From Candidatus Cloacimonadales bacterium (GTDB lineage Bacteria > Cloacimonadota > Cloacimonadia > Cloacimonadales > JAIOQZ01): a stretch of 64,000 bases of DNA. The DNA lies in assembly GCA_963674825.1 (NCBI GenBank), contig OY771587.1:96001-160000 (forward strand). The letters run 5' to 3'. The notes under the pieces are model-generated. The model searched no databases, was not told where the DNA came from, and saw nothing but the letters and a program-made list of their open reading frames with translations. Below, piece by piece: positions 21,928 to 31,092 of this stretch. Every line of letters begins with the position of its first letter. Position 1 is the first letter of the stretch. Both the position numbers and the translations under genes were made by a program.

Positions 21928-23267
21928 TCGTGCCTGAAAAGACCAAAGACCAGATTATCGACGAATTGCAACAGCACCACAAACTGCTGGAAACCAAACT
22001 GAGACACCTGAGCAACGACCTGGCGATGACCCGTCACGAATACGAAGTCGCGGCCAACAAGCATCTCGAGCTGATGAAAAGCCTCGAAGCGACCAATGTC
22101 GAGCTCGAACGGAAAAACCAGCTGATCACCGATCAGAACTACGAAATACGTGAACAGCGCAACGAGCTCAAGACGCAATACAGGTTCCTCCAGATCCTGC
22201 TCGACGATATTCCAAATCCCATTTTCCACAAGAATCGCAACGGTGTATATATCGGTTGCAACAAGGCTTTCAAATCTTTCTTCGGCAGGAAGGAAGAAGA
22301 GATCATCGGCAGAACTGAATACGACTTCTTCTCAGCCGATCTGGCAGACTTCTATACAGAGCAGGACCGTGAATTGATGGCTTCCGGAGGAATCCAGCAT
22401 TACGAAGCCAAAGTCATGAACAAAGACGGCGACCTGCACGATATCATCTACAATAAAACAGTATTCTACGACCTCGAAGGCCGCGTTGCAGGTATCATCG
22501 GTGTCATGGAAGACATAACCAAGGTCAGACAGGCGAACAAAGCGCTTGAGGAATCTGAGAAGAACCTCATGGAAGCCAATGCAGCCAAGGACAAATTCTT
22601 TTCCATCATCGCACATGCGCTAAAGAATCCGCTCAACGCGTTACTGCTTACCAGCGAATTCCTTTCTCAGAAGATCACATCACTGCCACCAGAAAAACAG
22701 CAGAGTATGATCGACAACATGACCGATTCGACCAAACGCCTTTCCAATCTACTGGAGGACCTCCTTACCTGGGCTCGCACGCAGGTTGGGAAAATGCCGT
22801 TCTTCCCCGAGCAACTCGATCTTAACATCATTACCGACGAATGCATCGAGCTCTACGAAACAAACATCCAAGATAAACAGCTCGAGGTGATTAACCAGCT
22901 TGAGGATGGCGATTTTGCGTATGCAGATAAAAACATGGTGCGTACGATCATACGGAATCTGGTTTCTAACGCGATCAAATTCACTCATCGTGAAGGCAGG
23001 ATTGTCATCTCGCGCAAGGAATGTGAAGATTATATTGAAGTTGTTGTAGAAGATACCGGTGTCGGTATATGTCCGGAAGATCTCAAGAATCTATTCCGAA
23101 TCGATACTCATTTCACCACGCGTGGTACGGAAAATGAATCAGGAACCGGACTCGGGCTCCTGCTTTGCAACGAATTCGCTGAGCGAAATCGCGGACGACT
23201 GGCTGTCGAAAGTGAAGAAGGCAAGGGCAGTAAATTTATGGTCATCCTTCCCCGCAGGGAAAGCTGA
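21918..23267 (+). CDS. PAS-domain sensor histidine kinase (start 21918 or 21930)
   Basis: Coiled coil, PAS (YIGCNKAF), atypical H-box IIAHALKNPL, NLVSNAIKFT, GTGLGL. Confidence 0.92.
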   Translation: MVLIVPEKTKDQIIDELQQHHKLLETKLRHLSNDLAMTRHEYEVAANKHLELMKSLEATNVELERKNQLITDQNYEIREQRNELKTQYRFLQILLDDIPNPIFHKNRNGVYIGCNKAFKSFFGRKEEEIIGRTEYDFFSADLADFYTEQDRELMASGGIQHYEAKVMNKDGDLHDIIYNKTVFYDLEGRVAGIIGVMEDITKVRQANKALEESEKNLMEANAAKDKFFSIIAHALKNPLNALLLTSEFLSQKITSLPPEKQQSMIDNMTDSTKRLSNLLEDLLTWARTQVGKMPFFPEQLDLNIITDECIELYETNIQDKQLEVINQLEDGDFAYADKNMVRTIIRNLVSNAIKFTHREGRIVISRKECEDYIEVVVEDTGVGICPEDLKNLFRIDTHFTTRGTENESGTGLGLLLCNEFAERNRGRLAVESEEGKGSKFMVILPRRES

Positions 23268-23274
23268 TCTTACA

Positions 23275-24537
23275 TTATTTCGATTTTTTTCTCCGAAGCA
23301 GCACCACACAATCTTCAATCGTCGCTTTCCCCAAAACAATATCCTCGGCCAGCGCCATGCATGTAGGTGAGCCGCATGCGCTGCAATTCAATCCTGGAAG
23401 CTTGTTGTTGATTTCGTTGATCTGTTTCATCTTGTTGATGGCTTGTTTGATATCTGTATCCAGCTTGTGCATTGAGCGCGGTTCGAGTGGAAGAATCCCG
23501 AACTGACCATTCTCGAATAGCTCCATCAGATGCTCTTCATTCAAGTCGCCGATCTTGTTATCAGTAAGAAAACGTTTGATCCGGCTGGTAGCGACGAAGG
23601 GATTCTCTACATTCAGATTTCCGCCGACACACCCACTGATGCAATTCCAGCATACTATGTAATCGAACTTCTCAATCTGGTGATTCTCCACTGCGGAAAG
23701 GATGCGTATCACGTTTTTTACACCACTTACCGCCATCGTTTTCAGCTCTTTGTCACCTACTTGATCCGACTTCATGCCCGAGATTGCCCAGGTGTGGCCA
23801 CGGATCAGGTTGTTCGGGCGACGGGTGCCATTATCCGGCACAACGGAAAGTACACGATTGTAGATTTCACCAATTGAGAAAGCACCCTCTTCTATCTGCT
23901 TGTAGGCAGCTTCAGGTTGGTGAACAGCTACAACATGCGCGATGCACGGAACGATCTGGAAAATGCCGATTTCAGATTCCTTGAAACCCTTTTCTTCCAT
24001 GGTCCGCTGGCGATAATATTGTGACAGGATACTCATGGGAGCTTCGAGCGGCAACACATTCTCCAAAAGCGATGGGAACCGCACCTGGATAAGGCGCACA
24101 ACAGCCGGACAGCTACTGGAAATCAACGGTCTGACACTCGGATTATCCTGAATAGTCTTCCGAACAAGTTCCAGCATCAGCCGCGCAACTTCGGCTTCAT
24201 CCGCAACCTCGTCGAATCCGAGGTCGAGAATCGTCTGCCGAGCCTGGTCGTAGCCAATGGTTTCCTTAAACTGAGAAGCGAACGCGGATGATAGAATCGC
24301 GATCTTGTATTTATAATTCTTGATGATATCGAGGGAGTCCGCTTTGGGAGTCAGAGCTTTGTAGTTACAGGTCTGAATGCACCTGCCGCAATCGATACAA
24401 CGATCTGCATCGATCTGAACCTTGCCCTGCCGGACGCGAATAGCTTCTGTGGGACATACAGCGACACAGTGTGTGCAGCCGGTGCAATTATCGATATTGA
24501 CCTTTATTGCGTGAAAATACTCTTTTATTTCTTCCAT
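23275..24537 (-). CDS. [FeFe]-hydrogenase-like Fe-S protein (2x[4Fe-4S] + H-cluster-like domain + C-terminal FeS)
   Basis: CTGCTHCVAVCP, CIDCGRCIQTC, SSSCPA, VPCIAH, NCISGCVGG, CSACGSPTC...C. Confidence 0.88.
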   Translation of the reverse strand: MEEIKEYFHAIKVNIDNCTGCTHCVAVCPTEAIRVRQGKVQIDADRCIDCGRCIQTCNYKALTPKADSLDIIKNYKYKIAILSSAFASQFKETIGYDQARQTILDLGFDEVADEAEVARLMLELVRKTIQDNPSVRPLISSSCPAVVRLIQVRFPSLLENVLPLEAPMSILSQYYRQRTMEEKGFKESEIGIFQIVPCIAHVVAVHQPEAAYKQIEEGAFSIGEIYNRVLSVVPDNGTRRPNNLIRGHTWAISGMKSDQVGDKELKTMAVSGVKNVIRILSAVENHQIEKFDYIVCWNCISGCVGGNLNVENPFVATSRIKRFLTDNKIGDLNEEHLMELFENGQFGILPLEPRSMHKLDTDIKQAINKMKQINEINNKLPGLNCSACGSPTCMALAEDIVLGKATIEDCVVLLRRKKSK

Positions 24538-24546
24538 ATACAATCC

Positions 24547-25038
24547 CTAAAAATATACAAGAACTTCCAACCTCGTGTTTTGACCCTTTGCAGAAACGAT
24601 GTGCATTACATCTGAATTTTTCTGGATGTTTGGCAGACCAAGGCCTGCTCCAAATCCCATTTCTCTGACCTGATCATCCGCAGTTGACCAACCGGGTGTC
24701 ATGGCTTTCTCCAGATTCTCCACACCTGGGCCACGATCCAGCAGAATGATATAGACGCGATCACCGTAGATATTGGCAGAAATCGTACCACCATGCGAAT
24801 GGGCAATGATATTTATTTCCGCTTCATAGGATGCAATCGCTACACGGCGCAGGATTTTCGAATCCACGCCAAGCCGTTTGAGAAGCAGCTTGATATCCGC
24901 TGAAGCTTTCCCTCCGTTCACGAAATCCCGTGCTTCGATTCCGAGATGATGTGTCATCTCCGGTTCCGGGGGATTTGCAAGAAATTCCCGTGCTTCGGCT
25001 TCGTCGATCCCTTCGGAAAAGTGCCAGTGCTCAGCCAT
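24547..25038 (-). CDS. Anti-sigma-type Ser/Thr kinase (RsbT-like HATPase)
   Basis: YEAEINIIAHS, DRGPG, GWSTA, GFGAGLGLPN. Confidence 0.9.
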   Translation of the reverse strand: MAEHWHFSEGIDEAEAREFLANPPEPEMTHHLGIEARDFVNGGKASADIKLLLKRLGVDSKILRRVAIASYEAEINIIAHSHGGTISANIYGDRVYIILLDRGPGVENLEKAMTPGWSTADDQVREMGFGAGLGLPNIQKNSDVMHIVSAKGQNTRLEVLVYF

Positions 25039-25384
25039 CGATCTTACAGCTCCGCAATCCGACATTGTAAAGAATACCGGATGTCTTGTAAAGCGTGAAT
25101 TTCGTAAGGATAAGCGGCAGATCGCGTTCTTCCGCCATCTCGATGAGTTCATCTGCCGGACGTTTTCCGCGTACGAAAACGATACCGAGAACGTCGATCA
25201 TGTCGGAAAGTCGAATAATCTGTGGATTGGTCAGGCCCGTCAACAATAAAGTTGCTTCTTTTGTACAGTGCAGAATGTCACTGATCAGATCCGATCCGAA
25301 CGCGCACGAAATTTCCTGCTCCAGATCTGCATTCGGAGTCAGGAGTTCGCCCTCGAGCGCTTCCAAGATGTCTTTTAGCTTCAT
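25031..25384 (-). CDS. DRTGG-domain protein
   Basis: AFGSDLISDIL, LLTGLTNPQIIR, VFVRGKRP; ATGA overlap with coaE. Confidence 0.88.
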   Translation of the reverse strand: MKLKDILEALEGELLTPNADLEQEISCAFGSDLISDILHCTKEATLLLTGLTNPQIIRLSDMIDVLGIVFVRGKRPADELIEMAEERDLPLILTKFTLYKTSGILYNVGLRSCKIDG

Positions 25385-26040
25385 TGTTCTTCCTTTGTGT
25401 TTATCGTGCATTCATCGAAACGAACGACTTTTTTCCTTTCGATTTCTCTGAGCCTCCCGCAGAAATCTTCCAATTTCCGGTAGAGCGCGTCGATGGAATT
25501 CGAATTCTCGATAGCTAAATCTGATAGCGATAATTTTTTGTCAATATTCGTTTGTGAACGAATACGTCGTAATATCTCATCTGTCTCCAGATTGTCACGT
25601 TTTTTCAGGCGATCAAGCTGTGTTTGTTCATCGACGTGAATCAGTAAAATGAAATCTACGCAATGTTCCAGACCACTCTCGAATAATAAGGGGATTTCTA
25701 CAATCACAATGTCTTTCTCAAGACTATCGATACGAGCTGAAAGATCGTTACGAATCTCAGGATGGACGATCGCGGATAGCCTTGCAAGGCGCTCTCTGTT
25801 GCCGAATACATGCTTTCCAAGCACTTTGCGGTCTATTGCACCCTTACCATCGAGAATCATTTTACCAAAAACTTCCACCAGACGATTTATAATCTTCGGT
25901 TTCAGAAGTGCCTCATGGCCGAGGATATCCGTGGAAATTACCGGATAACCCCGATCTTCAAACCACCTTGCCGCTACGCTCTTGCCAGAGCCAATATTCC
26001 CCGTAAGGCCGATGATGAGCGGTCTCTTATCGCGTGGCAT
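25381..26040 (-). CDS. coaE: Dephospho-CoA kinase
   Basis: IGLTGNIGSGKS, IDRKVLG, IVHP, EIPLLFE. Confidence 0.95.
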   Translation of the reverse strand: MPRDKRPLIIGLTGNIGSGKSVAARWFEDRGYPVISTDILGHEALLKPKIINRLVEVFGKMILDGKGAIDRKVLGKHVFGNRERLARLSAIVHPEIRNDLSARIDSLEKDIVIVEIPLLFESGLEHCVDFILLIHVDEQTQLDRLKKRDNLETDEILRRIRSQTNIDKKLSLSDLAIENSNSIDALYRKLEDFCGRLREIERKKVVRFDECTINTKEEQ

Positions 26041-26767
26041 CGGCAAGCACCTGCGCAAGCTTTTCCTTGGTGATGTCGGTCTCTATCTCACCGCCCTTGG
26101 CGTACGATATCTTGCCACTTTCTTCCGAGACGATGATGGCCAGCGCGTCCGTCTCTTCGGTCGCACCGATCGCCGCAAGGTGTCTTGTCCCGAATTTCTG
26201 CACAAACTCGACGTTCTGAGAGAGCGGCAGTACCACTTTTACCGCGTAGATGCGATCATCGCGCATGATCACCGCACCGTCGTGCAGGACGGTCTTGCGA
26301 TTGAATATGGTCAGCAGGAGCTTAGCGCTGAGTTTCGCTTCGATCACCTCGCCGGACTTGATGTAATCATTCAACTTCTGTTTGTCCTCAATAAGGATGA
26401 GAGCGCCCGTACGGCGGAAAGACATCGTCATAATCGCTTCCTGCAGAGGCGAATAGATAAACTTCTTTCGAGGCAGGAAGTAGGTGTTGATATTCTGATC
26501 ACCGAATTTCTTGATCATCTCGCGAATTTCGGGCTGAAAAATCACCACGAAGGCTATGAACCAGTAATCGCTGATGAGCTTGAAGATCGTCATCAGAAGC
26601 GTCATTTCCAGCATCACGGAGACGAGGTACAGCACCAGCACAAGGAAAAAGCCAATTAAAATCTGGTATCCGCCTCGACGCTTCATCGCCTTCATCACAC
26701 GGTAGAGGATCGCACTGACCAGCAGGATGTCGATGATATCTTTGAGGGTTGGGACGAAGAAGTTCAT
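26027..26767 (-). CDS. cdaA: Diadenylate cyclase CdaA/DacA
   Basis: Three N-terminal TM helices, VIFQPEIR, LHDGA, GTRHLAA, VSEESG. Confidence 0.93.
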   Translation of the reverse strand: MNFFVPTLKDIIDILLVSAILYRVMKAMKRRGGYQILIGFFLVLVLYLVSVMLEMTLLMTIFKLISDYWFIAFVVIFQPEIREMIKKFGDQNINTYFLPRKKFIYSPLQEAIMTMSFRRTGALILIEDKQKLNDYIKSGEVIEAKLSAKLLLTIFNRKTVLHDGAVIMRDDRIYAVKVVLPLSQNVEFVQKFGTRHLAAIGATEETDALAIIVSEESGKISYAKGGEIETDITKEKLAQVLADATR

Positions 26768-27963
26768 CGCGTTTCCCTTATCACCTGGAGGGTGTCGAGC
26801 AGTTCGCGATGAGGTTTGGGATCATGTACGCGAACGAGTGCGATATTCGCGGCATGCGCAAGCGCTGTCGTAGCCAGCGTGCCAGCAACCCGCTCCTGGG
26901 GATCTGACGGATAAATGCGCCCGATAAAACTCTTGCGCGATGCGCCGAGCAACACTGGCAATCCGAACACGTTGAACTCTTCCAGCTTCTTCAGGATAAT
27001 CAGGTTATCTTCATGACGTTTGCCGAAGCCCACGCCCGGATCGATCACCAAGTTGTGGATGCCGTTCTCGTTACACAGCTTGATGCGCTCGCAGAAAAAG
27101 CAAAGGATATCCTCGATAGTGTCATCGTAGTAAGGATCCTTCTGCATGTCACGCGGTGTACCAAGCATATGCATGAGGATCAACGGAATGGCGGGGTTTC
27201 CCTTCATAACGGCCAGCATATTTTCGTCGAAGCGTAACGCGCTGATATCGTTTACGATCAACGCACCTTTCTCGATCGCTGCCTCCGCGACTTTCGCCTT
27301 GTTGGTATCGATGGAAATAATGGTGTCGGGACGACGCTGCAAGATCTCTTCGATAACCGGGATTGTACGACGAATCTCCTCCTTGCCCGATACGGATTCT
27401 GAACCCGGGCGAGTCGATTCACCGCCGATGTCGATGATGTCCGCTCCGTCGTCAAGCATCTGTATGGCGTGATCTGCGGCGACTTTTATATCAACGTATG
27501 AACCACCGTCGGAGAACGAATCGGGCGTGACATTCAGGATGCCCATAATACGGGTGCGATCCAGTTCGAGGGTACGGTTGCCGCATTGCAATACATGGTT
27601 CTGTCTACCGAGTTCGTGACTGATCAGCCTTTTGAGATCTTCCTGGATAGCGGAAAGTCCGAAAATTGTTTGGTGGTCGAGCTTCTTGATGAGTTTGCGG
27701 ATTTTATCGGCGTTGCCCAGCAGGATGACATCGCTGATGGGCATGATGCCATTCACAACGCCTCTCGCGACGGCTGCGTCTCCGCCGATGGAGAGCATTT
27801 CCTGCTTCAGGATGTTGGCTGCACCGAGCTTGATGTTGGTGAGCTTGATGGCCATTTGCAGCGCTTTGGGCGCCATGACTTCGATCCCCTGGGTGGAGAC
27901 CTGGATTTTCTGCAGTTCCCTGCGCGCGTCCTGTAAATTCAGGATGGTTAGTTTACGGTTCAT
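26764..27963 (-). CDS. folP: Dihydropteroate synthase with ~130-aa N-terminal extension
   Basis: MGILNVTPDSFSDGG, IGGESTRPG, DPGVGFGK, SRKSF, RVHD. Confidence 0.95.
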   Translation of the reverse strand: MNRKLTILNLQDARRELQKIQVSTQGIEVMAPKALQMAIKLTNIKLGAANILKQEMLSIGGDAAVARGVVNGIMPISDVILLGNADKIRKLIKKLDHQTIFGLSAIQEDLKRLISHELGRQNHVLQCGNRTLELDRTRIMGILNVTPDSFSDGGSYVDIKVAADHAIQMLDDGADIIDIGGESTRPGSESVSGKEEIRRTIPVIEEILQRRPDTIISIDTNKAKVAEAAIEKGALIVNDISALRFDENMLAVMKGNPAIPLILMHMLGTPRDMQKDPYYDDTIEDILCFFCERIKLCNENGIHNLVIDPGVGFGKRHEDNLIILKKLEEFNVFGLPVLLGASRKSFIGRIYPSDPQERVAGTLATTALAHAANIALVRVHDPKPHRELLDTLQVIRETR

Positions 27964-28110
27964 TATTTTTCTGTACCTTGTTTCGATAATATAATCAGAG
28001 ATGCCAGTTTCGCGTAATAGTTCTGTCTTGTTGCCCAATTACCTCGTCATGCCGAATAGCACAGAGTCCGTATCGAAGCACAAGGTTATTAGCATTCTAA
28101 TTACAGGAAA

Positions 28111-28134
28111 TGCCAAGCTGGGGCTTGGCGCTCC
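28111..28134 (-). repeat. Solitary REP (GGAG class)
   Basis: Exact reverse complement of GGAGCGCCAAGCCCCAGCTTGGCA from the RAYT array. Confidence 0.9.
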
Positions 28135-28167
28135 GAGAGATAAGTATATCCCCTGCCTCCTATCCCT

Positions 28168-28881
28168 CTACTTCAGCACGAACACAAACGTGATCGAACC
28201 AGTTTGTTCTTCGTCACCGGCGATGGGATTGAACTTCCACTTAGCGAGCGCGTCCGTGGCGACCGTATCGAAAGCTCCACCGGCTTTCTTGGTCACGATA
28301 AGGTCGTTCACCGTACCGTCAGGCGCAACCTTGAACTGAATACGAACCTCCGCGTTACGTTGCTCGGCATCGGGGTATTCCGGGATAACCTCTTTCTGGA
28401 TTTCTCGTGAAAGAATCTCGCCTTCAAGTAAGTAGCGCGACTCCTTGTTTCCACCGCTGCTCGCCTGATTGAGCAGGTCGTTGAGATAATTGTCCGAAGC
28501 CGTAGCGGCAGGTTTGTCACTCACATCCGTTGCTGTTCTTGAGAGCGCATCCTGATCAAGATTGCTGCTTGCGGGATCAAGCGGTTCGTCTTCATCCACG
28601 AACCGGTAGTCCTTCGTATCGATCTTCTTCGTCGGCATGGAGGCTTCAGACTGGGTGATCTCTTCCGAGACTTGCACGCGATCGAGCTTCTCGGGTATCT
28701 TACCCGTATCCGGTTGCTTGGTCAAATCGCCAGGCTGGTAAGGATCGGCGCGGAACTCGATCAGCTTGAGCTGCTCCATGATGGGCTGTGGTTCCATCTG
28801 GATGTGGATCAGAAGCGCGATCACCAAAAGGGCAGCATGGAAAAGGCCTGAAACAAGCCACGCGGTTTGAGTTCGGCTCAT
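28168..28881 (-). CDS. tonB: Energy transducer TonB
   Basis: N-terminal TM with SxxxH motif (SGLFHAALL); PEYP...VRIQFKV...KWKF C-terminal domain; follows exbBD. Confidence 0.88.
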   Translation of the reverse strand: MSRTQTAWLVSGLFHAALLVIALLIHIQMEPQPIMEQLKLIEFRADPYQPGDLTKQPDTGKIPEKLDRVQVSEEITQSEASMPTKKIDTKDYRFVDEDEPLDPASSNLDQDALSRTATDVSDKPAATASDNYLNDLLNQASSGGNKESRYLLEGEILSREIQKEVIPEYPDAEQRNAEVRIQFKVAPDGTVNDLIVTKKAGGAFDTVATDALAKWKFNPIAGDEEQTGSITFVFVLK

Positions 28882-29294
28882 GGTGTCTCGTCCATCTGCA
28901 CGATCTGCGTACCGATGAAAAATTGCGTGGTGCCGGAGCGCTTGGCGATTTCCAGCAGGTCAACCACGTATTTGAGCGGCACGTTCTCGTCCGATTTAAT
29001 CACCACAACCTGCTCGGGATCGTCGATCAGCATCTCGCGAAGCCTCTGCGGAAGCATCTCGCGCTCGATCGCCGTCTCTTCGTCGTTGAGATAGATCTGG
29101 AGGTTTTCGGTCAGTGTGACCGTGATACGATCGCGATACTGGCTTTCCTTGGACGATGCTGCCGGAAGATTCACCTTGATCCCCGACTGTGTGATGAAAC
29201 TCGAGGAGATCAGGATGAAAATCAGCAACAGGAAGATGATGTCCGTAAAGGAGATCAACGCCACGGTCGTGATTCTCTTCTTGGTGATTCGCAT
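28878..29294 (-). CDS. exbD: Biopolymer transport protein ExbD
   Basis: SFTDIIFLLLIF, VNLP, IKSDENV. Confidence 0.92.
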   Translation of the reverse strand: MRITKKRITTVALISFTDIIFLLLIFILISSSFITQSGIKVNLPAASSKESQYRDRITVTLTENLQIYLNDEETAIEREMLPQRLREMLIDDPEQVVVIKSDENVPLKYVVDLLEIAKRSGTTQFFIGTQIVQMDETP

Positions 29295-29295
29295 G

Positions 29296-29964
29296 TTACT
29301 TCACCTTGCCAATCAGAATAATAAATTCGTTGATTGTGTCTTCCATCAAGCTATTGATCGATTCGACCTTGCCGACAAAGAAGTTGTGCAGGATGATCGC
29401 GAGAATACCCACGGTCAAACCGCCGATCGTCGTGATCAGCGCTTCCCAGATACCACCCGCGAGCAGACTGATATCCACGCCACCACCCGTCGCCTGGATC
29501 TTCATGAATACGCTTACCATACCGGTAACCGTGCCCAGGAAACCCACCAGTGGCGCGATCGCCGCGATGGTCGAAAGGGTGCCGAGGTTCTTCTCAAGCT
29601 TGTGAATCTCCACATCAGCCGCAGTGTGCATGGTTTCCTTGGTTGTCTCAAGGCCGAGCTCAAGTGACTTCAGGCCACGGCTGAGAACGGATGCGACAGG
29701 GCTTTCAGGGTTGGAATCGGCGACAACGATGGCTCGCTCGATTTGATCGGCTTTCACCAGGTCGATAATCTCGCCGGAAACGGTACCGAGATCCTTTTTC
29801 GCAGCGCTGATACGCAACCAGCGCTCGATGATGATCACAATAGAGATGAAGGAGATCAGAAGCAGCACGATCATCAGGGGGCCGCCCTTGGCTGCGATGG
29901 TGAAGATGTTCATCGTGGCTTCGTTTTGAAGGCTGTCGGCAATTGCCTGCGCGTTTAAATCCAT
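29296..29964 (-). CDS. exbB: MotA/TolQ/ExbB proton channel protein
   Basis: IAPLVGFLGTVTGM, GIWEALITTIGGL. Confidence 0.93.
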   Translation of the reverse strand: MDLNAQAIADSLQNEATMNIFTIAAKGGPLMIVLLLISFISIVIIIERWLRISAAKKDLGTVSGEIIDLVKADQIERAIVVADSNPESPVASVLSRGLKSLELGLETTKETMHTAADVEIHKLEKNLGTLSTIAAIAPLVGFLGTVTGMVSVFMKIQATGGGVDISLLAGGIWEALITTIGGLTVGILAIILHNFFVGKVESINSLMEDTINEFIILIGKVK

Positions 29965-30106
29965 GTATCCTCCGGAGGTAATATTGTTTTTATACGAATA
30001 AGCCTACGAGGTGGCTTCCTGTCAACAGAATTCGGGAGCTTCAGAAAACGCTTTACATAGTATAAACGAACGATTATCAAGGTCGTTACGTGCAACAGGA
30101 GGTACG

Positions 30107-30592
30107 ATGAAATTTTCGAGAAAACCGGTAGTCGCCGTGATCGGACGAAGCGGCGAAATACCCAAGGAACTTCACGATGCTGCATATGAAGTCGGTAAGC
30201 GACTGGCCGAGAATGGGATCGCGGTTGTTTGCGGTGGACGAGACGGCGTTATGGAAGCTGTATGCAAAGGTGCGAATTCTGCCGGCGGAACCACCATTGG
30301 TATCGCCATGGGTTACGACAAATCCGAATCGAATGAATATGTGGACTATATTATCCCCACCGGCATGACATACGCCCGAAACGTATGCGTCGTAGCGTCG
30401 GGCGATATGGTCATCGCGATTGGCGGAAGCTTCGGTACCCTCAGCGAGATCGCACACGCAATCAACCTCGATAAGCGGATTATCGGGCTGCATTCCTGGA
30501 CCCGATTGGAAGGATATCAGATCGACCACCAAATCGAGACTTGCGAGTCCGTGGATGCTGTGATGGAGATTGTTAGAAGCGAAATCGGGTGA
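30107..30592 (+). CDS. TIGR00725-type Rossmann-fold (LOG-like) protein
   Basis: AGGAGG RBS; VCGGRDGVMEA, TGMTYARN, GGSFGTLSE. Confidence 0.88.
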   Translation: MKFSRKPVVAVIGRSGEIPKELHDAAYEVGKRLAENGIAVVCGGRDGVMEAVCKGANSAGGTTIGIAMGYDKSESNEYVDYIIPTGMTYARNVCVVASGDMVIAIGGSFGTLSEIAHAINLDKRIIGLHSWTRLEGYQIDHQIETCESVDAVMEIVRSEIG

Positions 30593-30620
30593 TTGACTTC
30601 GAAAAACATGAGAAAGAAAA

Positions 30621-30720
30621 TGCCAAGCAGGTGCTTGGCGATCCAAAGAGGAAAAGAGATGCCAAGCTGGGGCTTGGCGATCCAAGGGGAAAGAGATGCC
30701 AAGCTGGTGCTTGGCGGTCC
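30621..30720 (-). repeat. Three tandem REPs (GGAT/GGAC class), 37-39 bp period
   Basis: TGCCAAGC(A/T)GG(T/G)GCTTGGCG(A/G)TCC at 30621, 30660 and 30697, with purine-rich linkers. Confidence 0.9.
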
Positions 30721-30743
30721 AAAGGGAGAGAAAGGCTAACCGA

Positions 30744-31065
30744 GAAGAACATCGTTTGGAGCGCCAAGCCCCAGCTTGGCATAGATGTTCTTCGAAACCA
30801 TAAAAAAGCCAAGAAGAACATCGTTTGGAGCGCTAAGCCCCAGCTTGGCATAGATGTTCTTCGAAACCACACAAACCAAGAAGAACATCGTTTGGAGCGC
30901 TAAGCCCCAGCTTGGCATAGATTTTCTTCGAAACCACACAAACCAAGAAGAACATCGTTTGGAGCGCCAAGCCCCAGCTTGGCATAGATGTTCTTCGAAA
31001 CCATAAAAAAGCCAAGAAGAACATCGTTTGGAGCGCCAAGCCCCAGCTTGGCATAGATGTTCTTC
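30744..31065 (+). repeat. Five tandem 50-bp nested-hairpin REP units (GGAG class), period 69/67/67/69
   Basis: GAAGAACATC-GTTT-GGAGCGC(C/T)AAGCCCCAGCTTGGCA-TA-GAT(G/T)TTCTTC starting at 30744, 30813, 30880, 30947 and 31016. Confidence 0.95.
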
Positions 31066-31092
31066 GATAAACCCATGTGAAGAAGATAAGCA

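Noticed and set aside
26764..27963. FolP N-terminal extension as a novelty
   Set aside because: To my knowledge this longer FolP form is common in anaerobes.
30744..31065. CRISPR array
   Set aside because: Linkers are 17-19 nt and of only two recurring types, the repeat core is a dispersed REP, and there are no cas genes in the window.
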